This document shows, piece after piece, positions 1 through 12,740 of a DNA stretch of 64,000 nt. This DNA is from Rhina ancylostomus (Eukaryota), in contig JARFYF010000051.1 of assembly GCA_030265395.1 (NCBI GenBank), positions 29,254,196 to 29,318,195 on the forward strand, given 5' to 3'. Position numbers and translations under genes: made by a program. Position 1 is the stretch's first letter. Each line of letters begins with the position of its first letter. The notes under the pieces are model-generated. The model saw only the letters and a program-made list of their open reading frames with translations, had not been told where the DNA came from and did no database searches.

Positions 1-286
1 CTCTTACAATTTTTCTTCCAGTGCCATTGCACCTTTGGTTGTCTTCATACGGACATTTGTCTGATTCAACCCATCCTTCTTAAATATTTTTGGATACTAG
101 TTTTAGAGCGATATCTTTGTCCATCATGACCAACTCCATTGCAGCAATCAGGAAATACACGACTGTTTTCAAGTGCAAAGAACGTACTTTCACCCCCCAC
201 ATCCTAATTCTCCTATGATAATTTTGTGGGAGGCGGGAGTAAAAATTTTTTTTAAGTACAGTAGCTTTACACTTACATGCTTGCAA

Positions 287-578
287 GCACGGTAGTGTAG
301 CGGTCAGCGTAACGCTTTACAGCGCCAGCGACCCATGTTCAAATCCAGCCACTGTCTGCAAGGAGTTTGTATGTTCTCCCATGTCTGCGTGGGTTTCCTC
401 TGGGTGCTCCGGTTTCCTCCCACATTCCAAAGACTGAAGAGTTAGGAAGTTGTGAGCACGCTATGTTGGCACCGGAAGCGTGGCGACACTTTCGGGCTGC
501 CCCCCAGAACACACTTTGCAAAAGAATGTATTTCACTGTGTTTCAATGTTCATGTTACTAATAAAAGGTATCTTATCA
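287..578 (+). mobile_element. tRNA-derived V-SINE (HE1/HER1-like)
   Basis: tRNA-like head (ggtagtgtagcggt...gttcaaatcc), V-domain gggtttcctctgggtgctccggtttcctcccac, LINE-type tail. Confidence 0.8.
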
Positions 579-919
579 GGATATATGCTTGTTTCCTGAA
601 AGCAAGAACGTTTTGATGATTTGAACATGATGGATGGTTTCCATCACATCTTAACAGCAATGTGTGCTATTCCCACCCCTTTGCTTCAGACTGCTCTCAA
701 ACACAGTTGTGTACGGCTTCATGAATGTAAACTTTTGTAGTGGATGAAGTTCTTTGGCACCATTTCCTGTCATCTCCAAGTTATGAGTTTTCAAACATGG
801 ATCAAAAGTGCAATCTTGCATACTTATCAATTTCTATTGAATTCATTCATTGATTAGAACACAAACTGGTCATAAGTGTTGTGACATGACCTTCAACTGA
901 ATAATATAGGCAATCTCAC

Positions 920-1002
920 CTAATCTTCCAACTAGGTCTCCACAATCTGAAATTTTAGACGCATACAATCTTTGCACTACACCATTAAACAATTTTTGCG
1001 TC
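920..1002 (-). CDS. lamb1: Candidate alternative (cassette) exon of lamb1: 83 nt (920-1002, phase 2-1) or 27 nt (920-946, phase 1-1)
   Basis: Acceptors tttcttgtcacag| (1003-1004) and aaaatttcag| (947-948); donor TTAG|GTGAGA (918-919); open frame TQKLFNGVVQRLYASKISDCGDLVGRL ending in phase 1 like the flanking intron. Confidence 0.5.
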
Positions 1003-3489
1003 CTGTGACAAGAAATTTGTTAACATAACACACATTTCAGAACCCATTCAGTTAGAGTAGCTTCGTTGCACTCCCATACAGCATTATTCTGTGCAGACAC
1101 TCTCAACATTATCAATTTCCACTGTTATTTCTTCCAAAAACACTTCCATGCCTTTAAGTATGATGCAAAGTCTCATGTACCTGATTGTTTACACCAATGT
1201 ACAGTGGTTGTAATACAGGATACACCAGTTTGAATTTAAGCAGCAATTATGTCCTGTTCTGAAGCAGTTCCCACCAAAACTGATCACGTCACAACATTCT
1301 TGTCATCAGTCTAATGTCTGTTCAGATGCACACTTATGATAACTCTAAATCTTCATTATACTTATTGACCAATACTATCTAGAGGTGGGATCAACCACAT
1401 GTATTATATACCAACAGCAGTGCCACCAAACGTCAATGCCTCCATTTTACAAAACATCTAGTTACAATCAATTTATTGATTAAAAAGCCTTGAAAAGGGT
1501 TCTTCATTTTGAGCTCCACATGATAAGTCAGAGGCTAAAAAATCTACCACCCAGCTCTTAGCACATTAACAAAATGAGAACTTCCCACCTTGTGATTTTG
1601 AACTGATCCTAAGAGATCACAATTAGGGTGCCCAGTTTTGCAGTTTGTGCTCCTATCATTTGCCCGGAGCAGCCAGAAAAACTCTACGCTCACTAGTTCA
1701 GATTGACCTTAATTCACACAATTCCCTCAGCAAACAATTAAATCCTGTGTTTATTCAGCAGCTAAATATATAACCAGAAAAGCAGTCCTTGTCCACTTCA
1801 CTGTGAGCATTCAGAATATGTCCCTCATTCATTTTAGTTTTCTGCCGAAAGGATACAATAGCATTAACTGATCTATGCACAACCAGCAAAGGAATTACAG
1901 AACTGCCAATAAAAATGTTTCCCACTTTGCTCCTACCAAAAGATAGATAATTACTATGGTTACTTGATTTAGAGCTTGCAATAATGGGTTTAACCATCAG
2001 TAAAGTGTTAACAAAGGGACAAAAGCTGAAAATAACTACAAGTATGGTTAAACATAATCCTGGTAGTCCATTTCCTGGTTTCAAAATCAAAACCAGGCAA
2101 TGAAATTCTATGACATCACCAAATCAACAATCCTACCAAAACATCTCCCCTTTCCATCTCCCATGTATAGCACCGTGGAGCATAAAATTTATGGCAGTTG
2201 TCAGGGAAGGAAGCTCGTAAATAATTATGGAAAATGTAGCATAGTTATCCATTTGAATGCCAAGAGCTGACAGGATTAGGAGCAGGAAGATTCACGCTGC
2301 TATGAACCATCATTAACTTTATAATGCGAATCCAAACTTACTAACTACTCTATCTCAAGAGCAAATGGAGGGAAAATTTGGCTGGAGACAAATTTCTAGT
2401 AATCCTGGGAGTGCAAATCCAATTTACCTGACTTTACTGTACCAGGGCTTAGTTTAAATGCTGAGACTCCATGTATTCTTTCAAACTATACCCTGTGCAC
2501 TCAAGTTTTAATTGCTGGAGCAGAGTTGTGTGTGTGTACAACTCTCTTCTTGGCAGCCTGTATAAAATTTGAGTCACACAATGAATCAGTTTTCAACCAG
2601 TCCAGCCCAGAATCCAGATACTAAAAAGAGAACCTATTGGTCCTGAAATAGAGACACCTAGATAAAGTGCACCTAAAGAGCCTTGGTAACATTTTAAAAG
2701 GCATAATCTCATTCCTGTCAACTAAAGTTAAATATGGATCTCGACTAGTTTCCAGAATGTCATTGAGATGGAATGCTCCAATACATAAAAAGTAACACTT
2801 CGCTGTGTCTAAAACTGGGCATCAAGTAATAAATTCAGTAATGGAAACCTTAGGTCCACATTATCTGTTTGTTAAACTTCAGCGAGGACTACTACAGTTT
2901 ACTACTTGAAAAACAGTTAATGTTTAAGGAATCCCCTCAAATCAGCTTGCACCAATTTTTTAAATATTAACTCTGAATGATGTACTTATCAAAACTGGGA
3001 AATGCGATGCCAAACATCAGAATACTTTCGACTTCACTGACAATTCCAAACATGCCAAGACCATGCTTAATTACGCAGTAAAGCTCCTTCTACTGTTCCA
3101 AAATAGGCTCATGACACCTTTCCCTTCAGTGCCAATGTGACTTTTCTTTTCCCCCCACGCACCAGTCTTTTTGTGTATCCCGACTAAGTACCTTGAACCT
3201 GTTGTATCAGTAAATGAAATCCTGCCTAATCTGGAAGCCTAACTTAATGTAAACACCTTTCCACCAGATCCACTTTTAAACAAAAGTGCATTTTGTTTTA
3301 ATGCTGCAACCTCATGCTATGAATTTAGATCATTTTTATCCTCCCATTCCCCATCTCATTCCATAAAGGGCTCTCATTCAGTCAAAATCATTTTCATCAT
3401 CAGTTCCCTCAGGAAATGTTAGTTAGAAATTAAAACAAATTTATACATTTATCCTCAGAAGGTCAAGGAAATTCAACAAGTCCCCAATG

Positions 3490-3895
3490 AGGATCATCAA
3501 TTTTTACAGATGCACCATAGAAAGCATCCTATCCAGATGCATCACAGATTGGTACAGCAACTGCTCTGCCCAAGACTGCATGAAATTGTAGAGAATTGTA
3601 AGCACAGCCCAGTCCATCATGAAAACTAGTCACTCTTCTCCACTGTTTTAAGACTCTTGAACAGACCTCTCATACGATAAAGATGAGCTCTCCACTTACC
3701 TCAATTTGCCCTATATCTTATTTGTCTACCTGCACTGTACTTTCTCTGTAACTGTAACACTATATTCTGCATTCTGTTATTGTTTTTCCCCTTTTGTCCT
3801 ACTTCAATGTACTTGTATGGGATGATCTCTCTGGATGGCATGCAAACAAAAGCTTTTCACTGTACCTCAGTACATGTGACAATAATAAACCAGTT
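3490..3895 (+). mobile_element. Rex1/Babar-like LINE 3' fragment
   Basis: Decayed RCTIESILSRCITDWYSNC and 3' tail tttcactgtacctcagtacatgtgacaataataaac. Confidence 0.65.
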
Positions 3896-6479
3896 CCCAG
3901 TTTTATTGGTAGAGTTTAACTTGTTGCATTGATCCCATTCTTCTGCTCAGAACAGCAGCAATGCCTCACGGGACTCTAGCCAACATTCTTTTATCAACCA
4001 GTTTCACATTTGAAAGTTATCTCGGTGGTTTAATTTTGAGATTCTTCTCTGCACAGAAAGTGGCTGCGTTGATGAACTCTGTAATTACTTAGTAACTGAA
4101 GAGTTTTGATACATTTGGGATTCAATGAAACATGATGCAAAATACCTCTCTTTTTCATTCTGAATTTCATAAACAATACCTTGAGAATTGATTGCTTCAA
4201 CACTTGGGCAATAAGGTTTAATTAACAAACTGGACTTGGTGGCAAAGGAATTATATTCACTGGTCACCTTAAAAATACTAAAGCTGGTAACAAAGTAAAA
4301 TGCTTCAGTCTAAATTTTTTCCCCCTAATCCAAACCAACTGGTGCTAATTATAGGCACTCTCTGGCATCCATTAACAAGGATTACAACAAACAGACTAAC
4401 TAACCGATAAAACTGAGGAATTTTCAGACAACAAACAAGAAAGTTAAAAAAAGTATGAATTATACTTCATTATTTTACTGAAAAGATTGAAAACTTGAAA
4501 TATAGCTTCTGCCTTAATTATCCATCATAGATTTTCAATTGGATTACACAGAACCAGAACTCTGAAGGCCGAATCCTTTTTAACCATTATGAATGACAAC
4601 CTTTGCTGCATCAGACTGACATGTCCACCAATAATTCTACAATTAGTGAATGAGAACACTTACTTTCTTCTTGGGCAATCCGTCTGGGTCACAGCCAATG
4701 TTTCCACTCCCATTATTTTCTTTCTAACCTCCTTCACCTGCCCCACCCCCTGCCAAAAATCCTCAGCCAAACTGCAAATGTTCACACCAACACAATCGTT
4801 TGCTTGACTTTCCTATAACGGTACTACATTTGAAATAAATACATTATTATTTCCAAAAATTACGAACAAATATTCCACAACTACATCCTCATGCTTGGAA
4901 AAGAATAACGTTTTCTGGGGAGCACATGGTGTTATGCAGGCTGAAGAGGTGAAGGAAAAAGCAAAGAATCCATTTACATTTCCCCCAATGTGAATTAATG
5001 CTGACCAGTTTGATCACATTCAAGATGAAAGTAGTAGTTCAACCTGGATTTAAATCAGTCAGTTGATCTACAAATGAGCTGCAGAGGATGTTACTGAAAC
5101 AGGAAATTACTAACCTCAAAAGACAGATGTTTTAACAATGGAAATCAATCTGATAAACAAAAGGAATAAATTACAGTCTGAAAGTTCAGAGTTACACAAG
5201 TTTACATAAATCATTACCATCATGTTGTGGCATTGTGTCCGATGGAACAGACACTCAGAGTACGACAGATCAAAAGGTAACTGCAGGATATCACATCTGA
5301 CTGACAGGCCATCAATTTAGCAAACTTTACAAAAGCTTATTCACACTCCGAGCCACTTAAAGTGCCCATGCTACGATACAACATGGAAGTTGAAATTCTG
5401 AAATCGCACAGTACATTAATAGCCACATTCAAACATGTACTCACCCCAAGGAGCAAAAAGATTTGTAATTTGGTGATGCTTTAGTAAAATTGTGCCTGGT
5501 GCTCCAGAGTAGGCAACACATCTTCATAAAATGATACAGAAAATTGATAAAAGCAACACATGTAGTTGAAATTAAAAATATTATAGTATTCTCAATATAT
5601 AGTTGTGATTCATAATAAATTGAATGTTATTTTTGCTCATTAAACATTAACTGACAGAAGTTAAACAAAGTTGTTTATTAACTTCTACCAGAAGCACTGA
5701 CGATTGCTTATTTTCAATATTGTGACATGTTTGAGTGCAAACTTCAAGGTAGTCTGAAAGCCAGATGTTCAATGTTTGACCACAAAATAATCTACCATCT
5801 GTAATGGCATTCAGGGACATTACAATGTGGATGGTTTGGGAGGGTATTGAGTTTCTCAAAGTAATTACATCTAGTCTAAAAACACTTCCATAGAATAGGC
5901 TCACTTTCTCATAATCAAATTTTGCATGAACATGAAAATGTGCAAATTATTTATCTTTGACCTCAACTGCATGAGTGGAAGCCCAGGAAAATGTTACTGG
6001 GTAGCTCCAATTTTCTAGAAACTAATGCAAGTTTCTCATTCCTATTCCAATCATTACTTTGGGAACAGCTCAAATATTATTCTATGAACACATTTCAAAA
6101 GGTATCAAATTATTCTTTGTGATGTTTCTGATACTAAATCTACACGTGACAGTCAAACCGATCTCTGAAATTATCTGCAAGCTTTACATTTTAAAATCAT
6201 TACAGAATTAATTTTAAAAAGGTTCTTTGTTCATTCACAAATTAATCCTTTCATTTAAATGAAAAAGCAGCTGGGTTTTCAAAGATTATTTTAAGAATGT
6301 TCCTAATTAACATGGTTTCGCTCAAGCAGCAATGTAAAAAATCAATTAAAGAAACCACCATGCTGAATACTTTAATAACTTTGGATACCTTTAGATAATT
6401 TTGGATGGTTTTATTTGTTTAAAAACCTCTCTTTAAAAGCAATAAAAAAGACATTTGATGAGTCCTTAAATTAAAGCAG

Positions 6480-7210
6480 GAATAACAGTACAGGAAGCCA
6501 TTGAGCCCCATCATATCTACACCCACCAAAAGCAGCCTATCACTTCTCAGCTCTTCCTCTGTAGCCCTTCAAGTATTGTGTATTTTTTTTTACAAACTGT
6601 AGATTATTCTGTGGTCAATTACTTTTGATAAATGTGGTGAGGTGTACGACTTCCCCCATCCTTTCAAGTAGTGTGTTCCAGATCTTCATTGCTGCTGTTT
6701 GATTTTCTTTCAACTTTCCTTTCATCCTTCAACCTCTCTCTCTCTCTCTGGTAAAGGAAATAAATCCCTTTTGTTTACCCTCCCCAGGACTCTCATTTTT
6801 AGATCTCAGTGTTCCAGAGAAAAAAAATTAACCCAGTCAAGACAAATTGCTCATAACTAATTCTTCAGCAACATCCTCATAAATCTCCTCTCTAGTGTCT
6901 TCATATCCTTCCAGTGGTGTGGTGACCAGAACCATGCCCTCAGCACTAAAAGCGTGGTCTGAAGTGTTTTATAAAAATATATACACACAGTTTTAACATT
7001 ATAGGCAGCATCTCATTTGGATTGTTAATCTTATCTGCCAAATACACTGGTCTCACTATCCTCAGGAATCTATGAACACACATTTTAAGACTTCTGTTCC
7101 TCGACATTTTTAGCACTCTCATTTTATTCTGCATTTGTTTGTCCTTCCCCAGATGCATTAACTCACTTCACCAAACTGAATTTCATTTACCACTTTCAAG
7201 CCCACTTAAC
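6480..7210 (-). mobile_element. Decayed CR1 LINE 3' fragment
   Basis: Reverse-complement CR1 3' signatures (ggtgaccagaac..., cctcataaatctcctct, fluorescent-free decayed RT tail) similar to the 37485-38535 copy. Confidence 0.55.
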
Positions 7211-7849
7211 TGGTCCCTTGAAATTTAAAGCACACAAATATTTCTTGCTACTGTAATTATAAATTCTTAACCAGTACTGTTATAAACCAGAAAAATGTTA
7301 GGAAGTATCATGTCCCGAATCTGTATAAATTGGTAGCAGAATCGATCCTATTTCTCACTCGAATGCTTCACTATTCCAATGAGTCAGAGTGTGATGCATC
7401 AAGGCTGTCCGTAAGTCCCTTTTTTTGGAGCAGTTCATTTTCCTGCTCAAAAGTCACAAGATTTAACAAGTTTAAGACCAAATACTGTCGTCAGTTGCAT
7501 GTGATCACCACACAATACAGTCCACCTATGTTTCTGTTACAGGATGAAAGATATCTCCACATTAATAGTAGAGTTTCCCTATTAATCCTCTGTACATTTA
7601 CTGTAATTGAGAGCAATTTTCACTTTTGTTCACAAGTATGTGTGAATTCTGTCTTCATTAGTATGAAGGCATGCAAAAGACCATTTTTCCCCAACACCCA
7701 CAATCAATAGTCAGTTCACATTCACCTTCACTTGGTGCCAACTATAAACAACCTCTAAACCATCACGAATCACTTTTACAGTTAGTGTTTAATTCAATTT
7801 TTAGGTTTACGATTTGCTACTGTTCTTAGACTTACAATGACTTAATTCC

Positions 7850-8115
7850 ACTCTGGTTTTGTGTATTCTGAGGGAGCTATTGAAATCAATGCAAGAACTG
7901 CAGAAACTTCCACAGATGAAGTAGGTGAGTGTATTGTGACTTGTGCTCCTTGCACCACTTGCGTGGGGCTTCTGAGGCATGGACTCAAGGTTCTCGCCAC
8001 TACCCCAAATGCTCCTCCTCTGAGTGGGCATTTCCAGGGATCACCGAGGACACTGCATTCTTCAAGGAGGCTACAAGTACATCCTCTGTCTGCTTGATAA
8101 TCTCTTCCCAGAACT
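7850..8115 (-). mobile_element. RTE-clade LINE 3' fragment
   Basis: Decayed DVLVASLK...RRSIWGSGENLES...ICGSFCSSCI...SLRIH, resembling the RTE C-terminus; similar to 14400-14930 and 63360-63970. Confidence 0.6.
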
Positions 8116-8204
8116 AAACTTGATATCAGTTTTCAAACTCTCACATTGAGCATGTGAATGACAGAGCTGCCCAACGCAGGCACTGAGTGTAATCAGAACT
8201 TCAG

Positions 8205-8355
8205 TGCTGGGAAATAGTCAGCAGGTCAGAACTCGAGGGCTTCTGACCCAAAACATTGACTCTGTTTTCCATCCGACAGATGTGGCTTGAACTGCTGAGT
8301 TTCCGAAATTTTCTGTTCCTGTTTTAGATTTCCAGCATCTGTAATTTTTTGATTT
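8205..8355. mobile_element. Penelope-like pLTR remnant (partly palindromic)
   Basis: ctgacccaaaacattgac...gatgtggcttgaactgctgag...gatttccagcatctg; family repeated ~10x in window. Confidence 0.55.
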
Positions 8356-8564
8356 TCAGTGCTGGGGACCTTGGCACTGAAAATCAAAGTCCACATTCTC
8401 ATATTTCAGAGAAAACGTTAATAATGCCTTCGAGCTTGCCCTGAGGGCATGCGTTTTTGCAAATGTCTGCAAACTGCAGTTCAGCCAATGGCTCTGGACT
8501 GCAGGGGCCATAGCTTGGACAACTTCCCATTAGTTCTGAAGATTAGGTGCACTACTGCAGAAAA

Positions 8565-9080
8565 GTTCAGAATCACATTTATTATCACTGACATGCATTG
8601 TGAAATTTGTTGTTTGGCAGCAGTGGTATCGTACAAGACAAAGACAAAAACTACTATAGGTTACAAAAATAAATAAATAGTGCAAAAGAGGAATAACGAA
8701 GTAGTGCTCATGAGTTCATAGACCATTCAGAAATCTAATGGCAGAGGGGAGGAAGCTGTTCCTGAAACACTGAGTGTGGGTCTTCAGGCTCCTGTACCTC
8801 CTCCCTGATGGTAGTAACGTGAAGAGGGCATGTCTCGGGTGCCGAGTGTCCTTAATGATGGATGCTGCCTTCTTAAAGAGGTCCTCAATGGCAGGGAGGG
8901 TTGTGCCCATGATGGAGCTGGCCGAGTCCACAACCTTCTGCAGCCTCTTTCGATCCTGCACATTGGAGCCTCCATACCAGGCGGTGATGTAAATCTTCTC
9001 AAACTCCTAATGAGGTAGAGCCGTTGGCATGCCTTCTTCATGATTGCATCAATGTGTTGGGCCCAAGATAGAACCTCTGA
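8565..9080 (-). mobile_element. Rex1/Babar-like LINE, 5'-truncated
   Basis: KKACQRLY...QDRKRLQKVVDSASSIMGTTLP...HALFTLLPSGRRYRSLKT...FRNSFLPSAIRFLN; near-TSD agaaaa(g/c)tt at 8559 and 9080. Confidence 0.85.
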
Positions 9081-11064
9081 GAAAACTTAGACCTTTAACT
9101 TTCCACTTCATTATCCAAGTCATTTATAAAAATGACAGTGCTTCAGTTCCAACACAGATTGTGATAATCTGAGCTCTTGCCATTAAACGAGTGTTTCCTG
9201 CAGCTCAGCCGAATTCCAAATCAGTCTAATAATCTGCCTTCAAGTCCATTATCTTTATCTTACAATTTCTAAAGAGGAACTTTATCAAATTGCTTCTTGA
9301 AGTTAGTTTAGATAACAGGCTGGATCTGACCTCAGCCGCATCAACCTATTGCTCCAACTGGCTTGAACTCGTTGCCACAGCCACTCTGCACAGCAGAGCA
9401 GGCCAGCAGGGGCCGAGGGGGGAGGTCAGCTACACTAACACCTGACCTTCAGTGCACTCCATACTTCGGTGCAGCAGGTTAAAGGCACAAAAGGCCAGAA
9501 CACAATGGCACCTGTATTGTAGCTGGCCAGCAGTTCTCCATGGACCCACCCAATATCCACTTAAATTTCCCTGACAATTATATCCATTACTCGAAAAATT
9601 TGATATCAGGATCGGCAGGCATAACCCATCCTTCACAAATTGGTGCTGCTCCCTCGTATCAGCTGAATCTTGTCAAACGGTTCCGCCAGTACTTTTAGTT
9701 ATAACCTGCAGTGATTTTTTGACAACAGACACCACGTGAACTTCTGCATCTCATTTTTCTTAAATAATGCAGTGACATTCACAATTCTATTCAGGAACTG
9801 ATCCTTTAGATTTAAAGACAATTTATGGTCAAAGCTGGGGCACTGAGATAACATCACCTCCTTCCTTGAAAACCCAGGAATAAAATCCAGATCCTAGGGA
9901 TGCCACTCCTCAGTAACATTGTCTTCTTTCCTGCTGTATCACTTGTGTTAACATTAGTGAATCCTGAGCCCTGATTCAATTCATTGCTTCAGGATATCCT
10001 GCATGTTGTTCCCTCTGTAGTAAATACTGGTAAAAAGCATTCCCCATTACCTTATTTATATTTATGACATTGGTTTAGTTTTCAAGGCTCTCACACTGTT
10101 CTTGGCTGACCTCTCTCCGAATATAACTTACATTTTTTCTGATGACTTTGCTGTCCCTTGTAAGGTTCCTTTCACATTGTCTTTTCGTGGCTCTAATTTG
10201 TTTTTCCCAGCCACCTAGATCTGCATCTTCTGAATACGACTCCTGTACTTCTCTGCTGGCATTTAACTGTAGTCAAACATTTTTTCTTTGGAGGGCCAGG
10301 AATAGGGAGGGGAGGAGACAAAGTGGTTCTCCCTCAAATTATTTTTGAGCAGATATCAGTGAGCTTCACATTTTACCCGTTATCATGTTTGCCATTTTTA
10401 CTGTGGACAGTCCAGCTCATCACACAGAAGTCCACCCAAGCTAAATCGAGAATCTTCTTTGCCATCACTACCGACACTACATTGAATGTCATCACCATTA
10501 CAGAAACATTCACACACCAAGGACAAGGTGCTGCACATCAGTCATATCGTCAGATAGGCAGCCATTCCGCCTGTCAAATCCATTCCAGCTCTCCTAGTGT
10601 ATCCAATTTTTCGTCATAGCTTCAATTGTCCGGTCCTAGCAACATCCTCATACACCCACACTGTACTCACTCTGGTGCAATCACACCTTTCCTGTAAAGC
10701 GCTGACCAGAACTGTACACAACAGTCAAGCTGTGGTCAAACATTACAGAAGATATTTAGGGAGTTGAGGGTAAACAAGTTCCCACAAAGAAAAAGGACAA
10801 AACTGTCAAAATCTGCAGCCTCCGGACAACCAGGTGAACAGAGGGTCAGATGGGGAGGGTGGGGGAAGGTTAAGGGAAGTGTATGTCACACACCAAGAGT
10901 TTAACACAGTGGAAAGTTGGAAGAGTATTGAAAGTACATGAGTCAAATTAAAAAGGAAAATAGGACAGTAAAGAGAGGGTATGATAAAATATCAGCAAGA
11001 TTTTATAAGTAAACAAAGAGCAAGAGGAGCACCGAGGAACGAGTAGGGCCCATTAGAAAATCTA

Positions 11065-11425
11065 GAATCACAAACAGAATGCTGAAAACACTCAATGATC
11101 AACTACCCTTGGGATTTAATAATGACTTTAATAATCTCAGGTAAGCTCCCTTTTATTTCCACAGACGTGGCAGTATGCTTACATCAGTCTATTGTTTCAA
11201 TTTGTATCGTTTTGTCCCACCGCTGATTTTTAGATTGTCTAGCTTGTCTGCATCCTATCAGAGACATTCCTCATTCTCTCCACCCCTCCTCTTTTCTGCA
11301 ACATAAAACAGGCTTTTCCTCCCCTGCTATGATATAGGGTCCTTGACCCGAAACGTTAACCGTTTTTCTCCCCACTGATGCTGCCTGACCCGCTGAGTGC
11401 TTCCAGCTTTCTCTGTTTAAATTTA
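11065..11425 (+). mobile_element. Penelope-like pLTR remnant with decayed hammerhead-like core
   Basis: gggtccttgacccgaaacgttaac...gatgctgcctgacccgctgagtgcttccagc. Confidence 0.6.
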
Positions 11426-11429
11426 GTAG

Positions 11430-12740
11430 TGGCCAGTTACTGGAATCCATTCTAAGGCACAGATTAATCGTGGACAGTTAGATTGGATTTGTTACAGCCA
11501 GATCCTGTTGGACTAATTCAATTAAATTTCAAGGACGTAACGATGAGGGCCAATGAGAGCTGTGGGCTTGATATATTCTAATTAGATTTTAAAAAGGTCC
11601 CATATAGCAGGCTGGACCACAAAAAAACCCATGGCATCCAAATGAGAGTGACCAATTGGATCCAAAGCTGGCTCAGTGTTGGTGAGAGTACAGAAATTGA
11701 TGTGGTATCAAAAGTCCAAAAAACATGGACTTTTACTAAGTTACTTAAGTCCCACATTGCAGATTGCTCAAGTACAAGCCCATGGGATCCAAGGGCTCAG
11801 TGGCAGAAAACAATGGACAACAAGAATGTTATTGTCTGTGGAGGGCTCCATCATCTGCCACTGCCAATAATTGCAGAATGTTCAGTTCTATTTGTAACTC
11901 CTCAGGGAAAAAAAAACACTATGCCCCCACAAAGCAAGATCAAGAGAATATTCAGGCTTGGGCTGACTTATGGCATGAATGTTACTTGTTTCTTAAGTGC
12001 AATCGCCATCTCCAGCTAAATTTAATTCCTACTCTTAATGACCAACCCTTTTACTCATCCCAAACACATGCTGATTGGTTAACTAGCTATTATAAAATGT
12101 TCGCTGTTTGCTGACCAAATCAGACAGTGTTATTGAAAGTTCTAGACTACAGGAAGATTAGGTAGGTACAAAAGTGGTGAATGGAATTACAGTCAGAGAA
12201 GTGCACGTTAATCCATTTGGGAAGAGCAAGGCAAGGGAATGCACAATAAATGGCAGGATACCAAGTAGCACGGAGGAACAGACAGATCCATAAATCCCTG
12301 AAGAAAGCAGGACTGGTGGATAACATGGTTATGGCAGCATACAGAATAATTGCCTCTATTGGTCTAAGCACAGAACAAGATCGGGGGGGGGGGGGGGGGT
12401 CACGCTAGAACTTTATAAACCATCAGTTAGGCCACAGTGTGTACAGTTCTAGTCACCAGACCGCAGGAAGGATGTGATAGTGAGGAGAGGTACAGAGATT
12501 ATTTACAAGGAGGCTACCAGGGCTGGAGAACCAGTTAGGAGGAGAGACGGGGGTTGTTTTTTTTTTGGAACAAAACTGAAGGGAGATTTAAATGAGTTGT
12601 ATAAAATTGTAAAAGACACAGAAAGGACAAACAGTAGAGTCATCAAGCAATACAGCATGGATACAGGCCCTTCGCCCCAACCAGTCCATGCTGACCACAG
12701 TGCCCATACAGATAGTCCCAGTTTCCTGCATTCAGCCCAN
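11430..12740 (+). mobile_element. Fragmented CR1 LINE pieces (11430-11720, 12150-12620; inverted tail near 12640-12739)
   Basis: Decayed RT motifs (LDFKKV, NWIQSWL; gttaggccacag..., aagggagatttaaatgagttgtataaaatt). Confidence 0.55.

Noticed and set aside
8-162. Minus-strand exon-like unit containing VFPDC, reminiscent of the next lamb1 exon
   Set aside because: Wrong phase, no LE cysteine pattern (no CDCD...), and stops in all frames
287-360. tRNA-like A/B boxes
   Set aside because: Head of a V-SINE, not a tRNA gene
2428-2460. 33-nt symmetric exon candidate (FKLSPGTVKS)
   Set aside because: Acceptor lacks a pyrimidine tract; no other support
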